DNA of 64,000 bases, taken from the NCBI GenBank assembly GCA_045837725.1, contig JBEWZL010000188.1, positions 1 to 64,000 on the forward strand, read 5' to 3'. The notes under the pieces were generated by a model that had not been told where the DNA came from, did no database searches, and worked only from the letters and a program-made list of their open reading frames with translations. Origin of the DNA: Vermamoeba vermiformis. Taxonomy: Eukaryota. This document shows positions 8,762 through 22,167 of the stretch, piece after piece. How positions within the stretch are numbered: position 1 is the stretch's first letter; the number at the start of each line of letters is the position of its first letter. The position numbers were made by a program, and so were the translations under genes.

Positions 8762-10901
8762 TTATCTTCGGACGACTCTTCGGCAGATCTTTGTGCAGCC
8801 TTTCACGCATTGGAACAACGTTATGACCAACATGGCAAAGAGAATACTGCCCAAATGAACGTGGTACCAAGGTAAATGTGCGTCGTAAAGCTTAAGATGA
8901 TCGCCTGTTCCAATCTCGATGATCTGTTTTGCCAAATCCACCGCACGATCTACACCACCTAAAGAAATTTGGGTAAGGAAACATAATACTATAATATATC
9001 ATATACGTAATTCACGAAAACACTCTGCAAATAAAAATTTTGTAATGAAACTTACCTGCAGTAAGCAACATTTGACCCACTTTCTTGGATGCGGCGGCGT
9101 ACTTGTCTTGCAAAGTTAAGATTGAATAAGTGGTAGCAGCAATGATCTTGGCATTGATAGTCTTATAATCGACTTGCAAGCCTGCTCCTGCATCTACAAC
9201 GCGAATTGCAGCATCGAAAGTGTCGGTCTCTGAAGGGATGACTAATTGAGGTTTGCCGAACACTAACGCTTGGTGAACACTTCCTATTGGTACAATTTTT
9301 TTAGAATACTATCAGCTACATTATGTATGATATTTTTTTGACGTTTGGAGTTAGATGCAGCAAAATTTCGAAGATGAATCCGCGATTTTGATTTGATGCA
9401 AAAAAAGTTACTTAAAAATGTATATCGTTGCAAAATATTATTAATATATTGTATTAGTACTTACCAATGCCTCCATGGTTAATATAAAGCACGACGCGTG
9501 GATCGTTAAGAACGCTTTCTTGCGGCACCCAAGGATAGAACACAAATTTGTTTTGATACTCGGCTGGAATGAATTCTTTAAGCTGTTGAGCCTTAGAATC
9601 GGGCAAGGACCACAACGTGTATAAATTCTTCTTTAGATCCATGACTTCAAGAACACCTTCGAGGATCGACTTTCGTTGTTCAAGAGACATTGAGACTAAC
9701 GATCCAAATGCGATATAAATAACACCAGAGTCGTTCTTGATTTTAGAGAACCATTCTACGAGTGCTGGGTACTCTTTTGTGTAAGTTGATATGGGCGCTG
9801 GATTCGCGTTCATGAAAGGACCAGTAAGTTGAACAAATGGAGCTAAAATACGCGATATTAGTCGACAGTAATATAAATTTTAATATCTTACGGGTCAATC
9901 TGGCGTATTCGAAGCCATAAGCAGTATTAATAAGGTACAATTCGGTGTCGTAAATTTCAGTAATTTGTCTATGCGGCAAATTGAACTCTTCAGCGCGGAA
10001 CTGATTCAATTGACGATCTAATTGCAGGAATAAATATCCGAACTTGACTTTGTCCCAAAACAAGTTGAAAAAGCGGTCATAAATATCCATGTAAACGGAT
10101 TTGCCGGACAAAATCATTGGCAAGTAGCTGGGTGCCATGGAATTCATCTCGGCTACTAATGTCGCGCAATTTGCAATGACAGGAATATCGAGATCGGCCG
10201 CTGCTAATAAACTGCCCCAAGTGCCTACATCCGAAACGATCCAATCTGGTTTATGCACGATGCAAGTTCCGTCCTTTTAATTTTTCATTAATGTTATAAT
10301 AATTATAATTTATAATACGCACATTATACGCAGTTGATTCGTTCAAGCCAATTCTTCTGACTTGGCGATAGTAATCTTTGGCCCAAATAACTCCTGCTTC
10401 AAAAATTTTCACCATTTTTTGAAAAACAGGCACTAAATGTATAAATAATTAATACTGTAATAGGAGATATTATAGGGCGTATTAGCGGCGTATCCCGCAA
10501 CGGTAACAATTTTTTTCCGCTTGACACTTTAGCGTGACAGAAATTAATTTAATTTAATTAAAAGATACGCTATGATTTAACATACCGTCAGTGCCGAATA
10601 TTCCTAGAGCCTCTTCTTTAATGGGAGTCGGGCCAATAGTGCAGAAAGTAATATCTTTGTTGGTAATCCGGCCTTGTGCTTCGTCCGTGCTAATGAAATA
10701 CACTTTATATTTAGGATCTTTAGCCAACCGTTCTGCCAACATCTTCATGGGCATGAAATGACCAGGGAGATAGATGCTAGTGAATAAGACATTGGTAGGT
10801 CGATCGGGATGTGGCGGGCTTGATCTTGCATTAATCACAGCAGCACCCAAAATTAATACAAAAAATCCCAAAATTAGGGACGATAATTTGTGGTTGCCCA
10901 T
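8762..10901 (-). CDS. UDP-glycosyltransferase (GT1/UGT) with signal peptide and C-terminal TM anchor
   Basis: PGHFMP; YIAFGS; UGT signature WVPQESVLNDPRVVLYINHGG...SVHQALVFGKPQLVIP; C-terminal hydrophobic helix followed by a basic tail. Confidence 0.9.
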
Positions 10902-11345
10902 TGCAATATTTGAGTGAAAATAATTTTCCACAGCCGCCAAAAAAATTGACTGATGACAGGCGGCTTCGTGAATTTCAATTTTTTATTTTCGAACTGTTAC
11001 GTACCTTTAACACCATCTACCATTGCATATCCAACATTATAATATGCTCAGTAGGCTATACTGTAACATCAAGAGAGTCGCCCAATCGGATTTGGTTCGC
11101 AGTGCCCGAAGAAGTTACACAAGAAAAAGTAAGGAATGCTCTGAATTAACATTATTATAATTAAAATAATAATGTGAGCGTTTAATTAATATACTGATTG
11201 TTATCTGCGCGGTGGTAGAATGAATATAGTTTAAATCAAAAAATTGGAATAATTTTTGAACGGTCGTTAATTTTTAGACTCGGTCATTCGAAAAAGTACA
11301 TCCATTTAATGTTATATTTATCATAGTACTATTTTTTGCAAATAA

Positions 11346-12231
11346 ATGGTTTCTAGGCTAACTTTTCGTTGCGTAGTTGAAGAGAAGTCAAAACTGCCGA
11401 TCGACAAAGACTTTCTCATCCAGCACCTTCAATCATGCAAAAAACATAATATGGATATCATATTATCAAAATCGTTAAAGAATTATCACGTTAAAGGATT
11501 CAACAGCATAATTTTAGATCAGTCTCCTAGATGTATGCTGCGGTTATACGTATGTCGGCCTAATGAGACCGACCTTAACGAAAAAAATGATAATTTATTA
11601 ATTCATAATCATGGATTCGATTTTCAAACGCAAGTAAGTATCGCATTGCGAATCTAATACTGAATCCACAAGAACCTGCGAAATTTGAACGTGGACTTAC
11701 ATGATTATAGGTGTTAACCGGATATATGGAGAATGTAAGATATGAAGAAGGAAAAGAAAATGATGTAAATACTGACGGTACGTTGGAAATTTCAATTTTT
11801 TAAGTCCGGATCTGCCAACTTTCTTACTATTCAGATCTGCCACCGGACATAAAATTCACATCTAATGCCACTTTAACTTAGGACTATATTATAAATATGG
11901 ATATGAAAGTGCTTTGAAGAACTCTACGAACAAGATTAGGCTAAAGCTCCAAAAGCAAGTTCCGTTAACCGTGATCCAACACGAGCGGATTTACTCGGGA
12001 AACTCCTATTATATGCATAACGAAGAATTGCATAGGATATATGTCCCTAAGGATAAGTTCGTCTCGCTATTCTTTTGGGAGTATAGGCAGATCGAATACA
12101 CGCCGATTTTGTACAGCAAAGTGAAGCAGAACGAAGAGATGTCGATGGAAGGGTTTTATATCCCGTTCAAAAGCGAAAAAGAAGCAGTTGGTCTTATAGA
12201 CGAAGTAATAGAGCATATAAAACGTGAGTAA
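11346..12231 (+). CDS. Hypothetical cupin-like (double-stranded beta-helix) protein, 3 exons
   Basis: LIHNHGFDFQTQVLTG and YYMHNEELHRIYV resemble the two cupin His motifs. Confidence 0.55.
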
Positions 12232-13063
12232 AACACGATTTCGTAACCGAATCCGTTCCATCGTCTCAATCATCTTACTAAATTTTGCTACCTACCGTGC
12301 TAACTTCTTCCCAGAATCGTGATCATATTTACTACTCACTATAAGACGTTATGGACCCGTTAATATCGCTAGTCTAGATTTTGGGAACATCGTTCGGGAG
12401 GATGCAACGTTTATGGATCCGAGTGACATTTTGATTTACAGTGTTTTTCATATGCAATATCAAAAGGTATATCATTAGGCTAAGTACTGTTCTCGCCATA
12501 TTATAATCATTAACGACGTTGTTTTCTGTAGTAAAGCATTCTGCAGGTGGATTCGTTAGTCATCCAGTTTTTAAAATTTTAGATTACCGTTGATTTAGAT
12601 CGATCCAATTTATAGCAACGTTTGCAAAAGGAATATGAGAAATCCTCTAGTCTGGCTATTGAATTTATGTGGGGCTATTCATCGCTTTATGAGGTAAGCT
12701 ATAATTCTTTCTTAATGTCGTTTGAATATAGCTTAGGAGATTCGCTTGTAGATACTACGTATGATCATGTATAATCATATTTAAAATTGTTAATGGTCTT
12801 CGTACACGTCCATCGTGGCCCGTACATCCGACAGTTTAATCATATTTGGAAAACTAATTCTAACTTGTACAGACCTCCGATACTATGAGTACAACATATG
12901 TGTCCGGTGCCATGCACGTCAAATCAACGCCGAAATTTCCAGCAAAAAGTCCCATTCGTGCACCCGGATCGCGGTAAAGATTCTCGTTCGGAGCATAAAA
13001 ACGGTTCTGTTGCGAGAGTTTTTTCATATTCTTTTTGTTCATTGAAAGTATAGCAACAACTGC

Positions 13064-16000
13064 ATGTCTACGATGCAGCGAACTATTGTTTTGCTCCTAG
13101 CCTTATTCGGTAAGTTCCGTACTGGATTAAACATCCGATTATCAAAACTCAAATTTGATCGGAGTTACAATTAACGATAGTAGAGTATCATGCTAATATA
13201 TGATCTTAAATAGGCTCGGCATTGCTATTGAACGTACCCATTACGGTGAAGGAAACCGCTCGTACTGGCACTGACGGATGTATGTTTCATTGAAAAACCT
13301 TACAACTTTTTAATTTCAAGCGGACGTTACTAATCATGTATTCATAATATAGTCCCCGTAACTTTTGTCCTCCCGCTTCCGTACGGATCGTTTGTCGATA
13401 CTCAGAAACTTAACGTTGTGGATGAGACCGGCACCTCTGTACCCGCTCAATTTAATGTCTTGAATAAGTACTGGACGAGTACTCCGCAGTATCTTCGTCA
13501 TGTATTGGTGCACTTCCAACCATCCGTATCGGCGTGGAACGGGTAAGGAAATTTAGCGGTCTTAAAATACAAAATTTAGAATTAACGAATTATATTTGTA
13601 GCACTTCTATTACCGGTATTAAGAAGTACTTTGTTCGTGATGGTGCTTCAGCAGCTACTCCGTCAAGTCCAGTAACAGTTCAAGACGCATCCGACGCAAC
13701 TACTGTTGTTACGGTACGACGGCAAAAATAATTATCGCACGTGCAAACTTGTGATTTCTGATTCTGTCAATTTGCATTTAATAGGGCCCATTGAAGTTTA
13801 TTCTTCGCAAGACTGCTTTTACAGTGATCAACGAGCTGTGGTTCGATGCCAACGGAAACGGAAATTTCGAAGACAACGAGAAAGTCATCTCACACAACAC
13901 CAACGTACGTAGAAATGTCAATTTCATGAATATCTTTCTTGATTCTAACGTATCTTTATTCTATTAGAACGGTGGTGTGTTAGTTGAAAGAGACGGAACT
14001 ACCACTCAATACGACGCTGACAGATCAGATCTGACATGGGAGGTTGAAGAGTCAGGACCTCTTCGTGCTGTCATTCGTGTCGACTATCCAACTCTTTATA
14101 ACGGTACTGCCGTGTAAGTGTAGCTATTTAACCCTTCTATGATTGAATAACGTATTAACGAATCTTTACCTAAAGTGGCCAATTGAAGCGAGGAGCAGCA
14201 GTTCGTTTGTACGCTTACGCTGGCAAACCCTTCGTGTACATCGATTATCAACTTCAAAACTCCGCTAACGTTCCTTTGTCTTGGTACCTCTACTTCAAAG
14301 AGATGAACGTTGACTTTTCGTTGACCAACTTCAATGGCAATCGTGTTCGTGTTGGCATGGCTGACCAGTAAGAATCAATCAATCGACGAAATTTCAAATG
14401 TTTTCTAACAATTTAACTTTTATAGAACTGTCTACGAGAAGTCAGGAGCCAATCCCGACGTTCGTTTGTTCCAACACGAGTTGTTGCAAGGTGATTTGTA
14501 CGATGGTGGCTCTGTCGTTAAATCAGTCACCAATCAGAGCGACTTTGTTTGGTTGTCACTTCAAGACACAAGCGCAAACGTTGCAGTGACATCAACTATT
14601 CGTCACTTCTGGGAACGATGGCCGAATGCATTGGAAGCCAATGGCAACAAGGTCTCGTTGCAACTGTTCCCGAAGGGTTCTGCCACCTGGACCACCGTTC
14701 AAAAACCTTGGGGCATTAATCCCGCTGGTCTCTACTACCTTCCCGACATGAGCCACTTCTACAAAGAGTCGTTCTTGTACTTCCACAAAGCAGATGTGTC
14801 ATCAGACTCAGTGACGAGCCTCATCAAGTTGTTCCACAATCCACCTGTTGCCGTTGTTCCTACCAGCTGGTACGCTCAAGCTAAAGCAACTCTTGACTTT
14901 GGCGGTGCCGTTCCTATCGACGCTCCCTCAGTTCCTACCGGTAAGTTTGACACTTTAACATTTTGACACGTTGACACTTCAATTAATTATATTATATTAA
15001 TTATATTATACGGCGCTAACGATTAACTCTGACGCAATATAACGTAGAAATAAATCGATGCTAATTACGTTGTTAGATATCCGCATGTACAAAGACAAGC
15101 CCAGTTTTGATACCCACAACATGGTGGTTTTCGGCAACAGCGATGGCTTGTACCGTGCTTCAAGTTGCACTACTGGTAGCTGGCCTTACTCCGCTGCTTA
15201 CACGATTGCTTCGGAAGATCCCTGCCGACTATTTCGTCGCGAGAAACGTTCTGTTGGCTGAAATCAACACTAGACCTGCCTGGGTCGCTAAGTTCGACTA
15301 CTTCAGAGATTTCCCGAACAACGTCAAGTTGACTGAAAACCCTTACTGCGGCGGTACTTGGAGACAATTCCTTGGCGTAAGTTTGAAACAACACATTCGA
15401 ATTCTTTGACACGAGTTGATTCTAATAACGTAATCAGAACGGAGTGCCTACTTTGACAGCAGACCTTATTGCTGGTACTGGAGGAACCATGGGCGCGAGA
15501 GACGATGAACACGGTATGCCTTAACTGCGCACATGCTAGCATAGCCATGACGTTGTTAACGTTAAGTTTTTTAGGCTGGTTCCATCACGCTGAAGAAGCG
15601 TACTACTTGACTGGAAACTTGTGGTACAAAGATTGGATGAAATTTATTGCTCAGTTCAGACAAGTCAGATTGCATCAAAAGGATCCTTATCCTGACAGTA
15701 CGTCATTCGATAACTTTCTAAAAGCGAAAATATTAATTGACGTTACTTTGTGCAGTGAGCCACCGTGGTCTTGGTCACTCACTTCAACACGCCATGTCAT
15801 CGTTCAGAGTGACAGGTGATGTACGTGTCTTGGATCAAATGTCCGTCTATCTTCGCAACTACGTCTTTCCTACGATGAGCCCTTACTACGGCGATGCTAC
15901 TACTGCCGGTTACCAAACTGGATATATTTCTAGATGGAACTCGAACTATTGGCAAGGTACGAAGTTTGACACTTTGACACTTTGGCAGTTTCTTTCAAAT

Positions 16001-17135
16001 TAGTCATGCTTTGTGACACTTGCATCGAGCTAAATCATCCTTTTTTTTGCTATAGAACTCTCTTATGGTGCCTCAAGCAACGCTACTTACGCTCAATACA
16101 TGGCTGAAGCCTTCGGCAACCTCTACGGAATGATCGATTGGAACTATCAATACGGAGATTTCCCGTACTACCGCAACAGAACTCAGTACCCGAACTCAAT
16201 CTCCACTGGCCCTGGTCTCACGTTAGTCGACCCCGAATTGTTCGTGTACTTGATCACTGGTCACGAGTGGTTCGTTAACCACACTTTCACGGTATGTCTA
16301 AGCACTACTGGACATCATTATAAATCCAATACTAATATCTCTTTTCAGTATGTTCGCCATGGTTTGAACGGCGGCCAAAGACCCGACGGCAATTTCCAAA
16401 CTTGGATTGGCCAATATGAGAACAGGTACTTCACAACAACGTTCACAAATTTGATAACAGATCTGGATCTGACATTTTCTTATTTAGAATCTACTACCGA
16501 TTGTACTACAACAACTACACTCGTGCTGATACTCAAGCCCCGATTAAAGTTACCGATCTAGTGGCTTATCGCAAAGCAGGTGACAGCAGAACGATCTTCA
16601 GATGGACTCCTGTGCCTGACGCTGGTACGTACATTATTGTTACAATTTATATTCTATTACGATCTAATAATAATGATATTTATTAATAGTTCGTTATCAT
16701 GGTGTCTACTGCTCTCGTCCGATTACCGAAGCAGCCAATCCCGACCAATCAGTGTGCAACTGGTGGGCAGGCAAAGCGATCGGAGTTCCATTCGGAGTTG
16801 GTCCGTTCTATCAAGACAGCCAGTATCAATATTTCTACGTTGATACTAACGCTACTATGCCTGCTTACATCGCTTTGTTCTCATTCGATGACGCGAACAA
16901 CATGTCACCGATGTCAAACGTCGCTCAAGCCACGGAAAATGTGTTGACGTTGCCTGAAGCTAGTTATGTCAGCATTCCTATTGTCTACACTGACCCTGGT
17001 AACGGCGGTAATAATAACAGTCCTAGTGGCAGCTCGTCTCCCAATAATAGCAATTCAGTCGCTTCGAACGCTGTTTTGGTCAACGCGTCAATGATGAGCA
17101 TTGCTGCCCTATTGGCCATTATCACTTGTTTTTAG
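13064..17135 (+). CDS. Secreted, probably GPI-anchored protein resembling bacterial PcRGLX/YetA-like (PL26-related) proteins; many exons
   Basis: Signal peptide MSTMQRTIVLLLALF; VPITVKETA...PVTFVLPLP...VPAQFNVL; EVEESGPLRAVIRVD; IRHFWERWPNALE; Ser/Asn-rich linker and hydrophobic C-terminus. Confidence 0.6.
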
Positions 17136-17313
17136 AACGCTTAAAATGTAGTTATTAGCATTAATTAAAGGCCCTTTACTTGCCATTTTAGGTTCATACT
17201 ATGCGCTACAATTTCAATATTTAAGCTCGTTTAACATCATAAATCAACCGGACAAATATTGGTTTAATTCTTTTAGGAAAAATCGGAGTGCGAGAAAATA
17301 TTTTAAATTAATT

Positions 17314-19746
17314 ATGCAAAGCGATAACATCAACAAAGCTCTTCGAATTGCATACCTCTATGTTATTAGGAATGCCTTCAAGCTATTTGACGCCGAATCG
17401 AGGCTACCGGCGCTAACACAGCTAATTTACAATTTGTTCCTCACTTCAAAATCGCTGAAAAATTCGATATGTGACGAATTATGGCCAGAAATGATGCATA
17501 GATGGATGCATGGTATTAATTTTATTTTTCAAATTTTATCTAACGAAGATAAAACTTAGGTCGTGTCAGATGCAAATTGGTTTCGGATAGAATAGAAAGC
17601 TTACTCCAAAAGAACGACAAAAATGGCCTTATAAAATGTAATACTATAATTTTAACGTAATTTAGCAATTAACCGTATTCAGTTATGGAGGCGGTTTGGA
17701 ACAAACTTGCCAGACGCGAATCCAATCGTTTATTGACCAATTACCTCATCAAAATCACGAAGGATCACAAAGATATGCTATTAGATTATATAGAGTTCTT
17801 CAAACCATGGAACAGACACATTACAATGAAAGAATATCGAAGAGATTTTCGAGACTTTCCATTTCCCGGATTTAAACCAGAACACGTCGAAAAAGCAATG
17901 CAAATCGCAAATGAAAATGGATGGATTGACGAGTGCTTAATATTATTCGATCATTTTTGTTCATATTATTTGGATGCTAGCAAGAACGATCAAAAGCTCG
18001 TCAGATCCGCGATCGAAAGCGGCAAAAAATTGAATTTCGATCGCAGTCTTGCGAGAATAATACAACAAACAGTGCCTAATTATCCTGATTGGTATCAGCA
18101 TCACTGGCTTGGTTGGTACTTAGGTAAAGTATAGATTGACCGATCCTGGTCTCGTCACAATTTTTAATCTTTTAAAATCAAATAGGACTGAAGCAAATAA
18201 CCACTGAAAATTTAATGGAAGTTTTATATGACGTAACTGAAGAAGAAGGTGCAAAGATACAAAGTAAGAGAGATCTTTTTGCGATCTTTGCAGATTTTTC
18301 ATTGTAACTCTTTTGTTATTTGCAGGCGGGTGTAGTTTTAACAAACACTCTATTGTCTCTTTTGAAGGCTCGCGTTTGGTTTTGTACCGGTACAACCGAC
18401 GGGCTTCGTACACGTACACTCGCAAACCGTTGCAGATCCAATACGGTTGCAGGACTTACACTGGATTGCAAAACGAAGCTCAATGCTCCACAGTATATAT
18501 ATATTATTACTATAGAGCTTTGATTTGGAACGATATTGAGAGGGCAAAGCAGATCCAGTCAGAACACGGTAAACATTTTCTTTTTTTTTCGAAAAATAAT
18601 TGTAGATAATAATACGTTGACGTATTTACACTTTGCCATCATATAATTAATTACTTATTTTGATATTACGATCAGGCATTACACTTTCTACACTTTCACG
18701 TCATCCACATCCGGTTACTGAATACTTAAACTATACAAAAACTTCTATCGATAGAAATACAATATACTATTTGATCGAAAATTTTGACGTTAAAGAGTAA
18801 GTTATTATTGTTATAACAAAGTTAAATTGTTTTTAACGTCATTATTCATTAGCTCGTTGAAAAACGTCCGCAGTGTGTACTTGCACAAAGCTTTAGACAT
18901 TTTAAAGCTTTTAATTGCCAAAGGTGCAATTGTTCATAATTACGAAACATGGGGAAAAGCTATTTTTTGATCAAATTCCTGGAAGTGAACAAGAATTTCA
19001 GTCGTTGTTGGATGTAACGAGCGTACACTTGGATCGGCTGATTCTGGGATTCTTGTTCGACAAATTTAGACCTATTGAAGAAGATATGATGCGAAATACG
19101 AAGATCTTGGTGTTATTGGCTTGGAAATATGACAACGGCTCAAATCTATTTTCAACGTTGCCGAAAGAGATCTTGCAAATAATATTGAAATTCCTTGAAA
19201 ATCAACCATTGCACGTCCAATATGCGCATATGATAATGAAGAGAAAGAATGTGTCATGGTTCGATATATCAACCGAGACTGTGCTCAGATCCAGACACAT
19301 CGCGAGATTCATCCGAGATAATTTTGCTGCCTTCCGTCGACCTTGGCAGATGCTACCTTACTACAAGCCTGAAAACAATCAAACGAGATGCAAAGTATAT
19401 CGAGGAGATATTTATTGCTTGTATTAATGCGAAACAGGATCCGGCTTGGGGTCCGGATCGGAAAATCATAACTTATTTTTGCAAGTATGGAACGAACGAA
19501 CAAATTTTGCAGCAAATAGAAGCTGGAAAATATGCTGGAAGGGAACTCTCCTCGAAAGTTATTCCGGTTTTGGAATACGCGGCCGTTGCAAAAAACATCA
19601 ACTTCTTGAAAGTGTTTTTTGACAATCCAGCGAACCAAAATACAACGCTGGACAAAGAAAAGTTCAATGAGATTGCGCGGAAAAGAAAGTACAATATTAG
19701 CTTTGAGGAGGCTGTTGCACTTGTAGAAAAGGCACGACAAAGATAA
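17314..19746 (+). CDS. Hypothetical helical protein(s); may be two genes or contain a frameshift near 19250-19430
   Basis: Consecutive plus-strand ORFs with GT-AG boundaries; F-box-like FSTLPKEILQIILKFL near 19150. Confidence 0.4.
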
Positions 19747-19957
19747 TAAAATTCGAATCTCATACAGTCACTGCTTGCACATTTTAAAGAAAGCGTAGAT
19801 CTCAATGATATTTAGATACAAACGCGAGAAATAAAGTTCGTTACCATAAGCAAAAAAAGTACATCCGTTGCATGAGGCACTTCATTACACTACTACGCCT
19901 TTTGTTTTTCTATTTAAGAAAAATAAACGCTAGCGTTAGGAATGCGATCGTACGCAG

Positions 19958-20304
19958 AGTATGATTGAAGGGAGTCATGGATCCTGCTGGGGAACTGATT
20001 GTGCCAACCAAGAAGAGGCGATTATAGAGGGGGGGAATACGAACGCGAGATCGGGGAGACAAAATAACACTGTGAATACGCAAGTCGAACCCTCATCCTA
20101 TCATCGAATTGGCGAGCCAATTATTGTTTCTGCACAACTGTACCAGAAGATGAGACGCAGGGGATACCCGCGCCAGGCCCCCCGCCAGCGACAGGATCCC
20201 CCAAATAAACCCTGATAGCCCAATCGACGCTAAGTGACGAGTATTAGTTCAGGATATTGATTTTCGTTGCTAACATATTCATTGAATTTCTTCCCTTTTT
20301 TTTT
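19958..20304 (+). ncRNA. Candidate structured non-coding RNA (identity and strand uncertain)
   Basis: GC-rich intergenic island. Long-range stem 19979-19990 pairing with 20185-20199; perfect hairpin 20107-20122; T9 tract at 20296-20304. Confidence 0.3.
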
Positions 20305-20444
20305 GTACCGGGGTTTTGGGGAGAGAAAGGGACATTGTGCATACCATAATACCGTTATGCGAAATTCGTAAGAACCGGCAGAAAAATTATCTTCTCGTTC
20401 ATTTTCTGTCATTACATAATACGCACTTAGCTAATACAACAGCA

Positions 20445-22072
20445 ATGGAAAAAATACTTAAAACTCTGTATCAGTACAGCGAAGTACCTTTGGATGAAGA
20501 AGATCCGCGATACACGCAATGCTTTACTATCGATCAAGAATCAGAAATTAAAGGTGAATATTGGCATAATTTTACATTATTATTTTGCTAATATTGGACA
20601 CCAGAATTCTTTGAGAAGTGGGGATTCGTTGTGGTTCGGGATGTGCTCACAGAAGAGGACTGCACTGAGACTTTATCGGACATCTACAGTATTTTAGAAG
20701 CAGGTATATTAATATTTTATATTATTTAAGCAAATTTTAAATTTATTAACGAAATTTTGGGCAGATGGCAAATTTCAACGCAACAATCCGGACACTTGGC
20801 ACAATTGGCCCGCCGATGCTATCCCTCGATACGGCAATATGTCTAAGCCGCCTATATTTTTGCCTCAATTTATGAGAAATCGTCAGAACCCCAACGTCTA
20901 CAAAGTATTTTCTATGCTTTTGAATGAGGAAGATCTTCTCTCGAATCACGATCGCGCTTGCTTATTTAGACCTACAATGGGCGTTACCTTTTCGAACGGT
21001 AAATATCACGATTTAAAAATGATTTTTCGTATGAAATTAATGAAAATTTATTGTTTAGGACAACGAGATCCGAAAGAGTGGGCTACTGCCGATAATGTTC
21101 ATATTGATATGAACCCTTGGCACTGGATGGGAGACGGCAAGGTCAATCGCGATCACTTGCGCAGACTTCGATATGATCGCACTAGTAATTTCATATACGA
21201 GAACAACCAGCCCTCTCACGCAGGTAAAAAAAAAAATCTCAAATTTTGCAAATTATTATCAAGCCGTATACTATTGTCCCTTAATATTATGATTAATTCT
21301 GATTTTTTAGATGGTTTGCAACTCCAAGCAGTGCTTAATATTGTCGATAATTATGTCGAGGACGGTGGTTACGTCTGCATTCCGGGCTTTAAATACGTCT
21401 TTGAAGAATATTTCAACGCGTGCAGACCAAATGGAAACATCGACGAGATCGCCTCGTATAATTTTAAGGAGAAAGATCCTGTTATGAAATACGTGAAGGT
21501 AAGATCCAGCTTCAAACTTCCGGCCTTTTGAAATTTCCAAATTTTTTGGTCAACGAAAATTAAACGGCTCGAAATATTGTTTCTATTATATTAGTGTAGT
21601 GTTGTATAATCAATGGCTAATTTAGTTTTTTTAGCGAGTGTCCATGAGACCCGGATCCATGGTCATTTGGGACCAACGCATGGCCCACGGTTCTTATCGC
21701 AACAGATCGAGCAGAATGCGATGCGCACAGTTCATTAAAATGTTCCCGCGCAAAGCGATTGAAAATCCTGAACGAGCCAATGCCCGAGCACAAGTTTTGA
21801 TTAGTGAAGTTAGTGCGTTAAAAGCACGTGATTTTGAACCGTCAAAACTTGGTGAAAAATTGTTTGGCTTGGATATGGTGACTGATGCTAAGGACCCGCC
21901 TGAGATGAGATCCGCTCCTAGTCCCTCGAACAACACGAATGTGGTCAATAATACTAATAACCAGGCGAATGGCGCTAATAATAATAACAATAATAAAAAC
22001 CGCAACAATAATAACAACAAAAACGGTAAAGTGCCGTTTAAGCCTAGGCCACCAAAAAGCTCGAAAAAATAA
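20445..22072 (+). CDS. Phytanoyl-CoA dioxygenase (PhyH)-like 2OG-Fe(II) oxygenase with Asn-rich tail
   Basis: FFEKWGFVVVRDVL; HID motif; LQAVLNIVD...GGYVCIPG; PGSMVIWDQRMAHGS. Confidence 0.8.
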
Positions 22073-22167
22073 AAAAAATATCTTGTATTGATTTCACTGA
22101 ATAACGTGTTTGTTGATTGGTCGAAAAGGAAAAAGTCGGGACAGGTGTTGAAAAAAATGTGTTTTTT

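Noticed and set aside
12260..13045. Possible small gene between the cupin-like and lyase-like genes
   Set aside because: Some splice-like sites are present, but I could not build a consistent frame or find a recognisable motif.
21940..22022. AAT/AAC microsatellite
   Set aside because: Encodes an ordinary poly-Asn tract in the PhyH-like tail.
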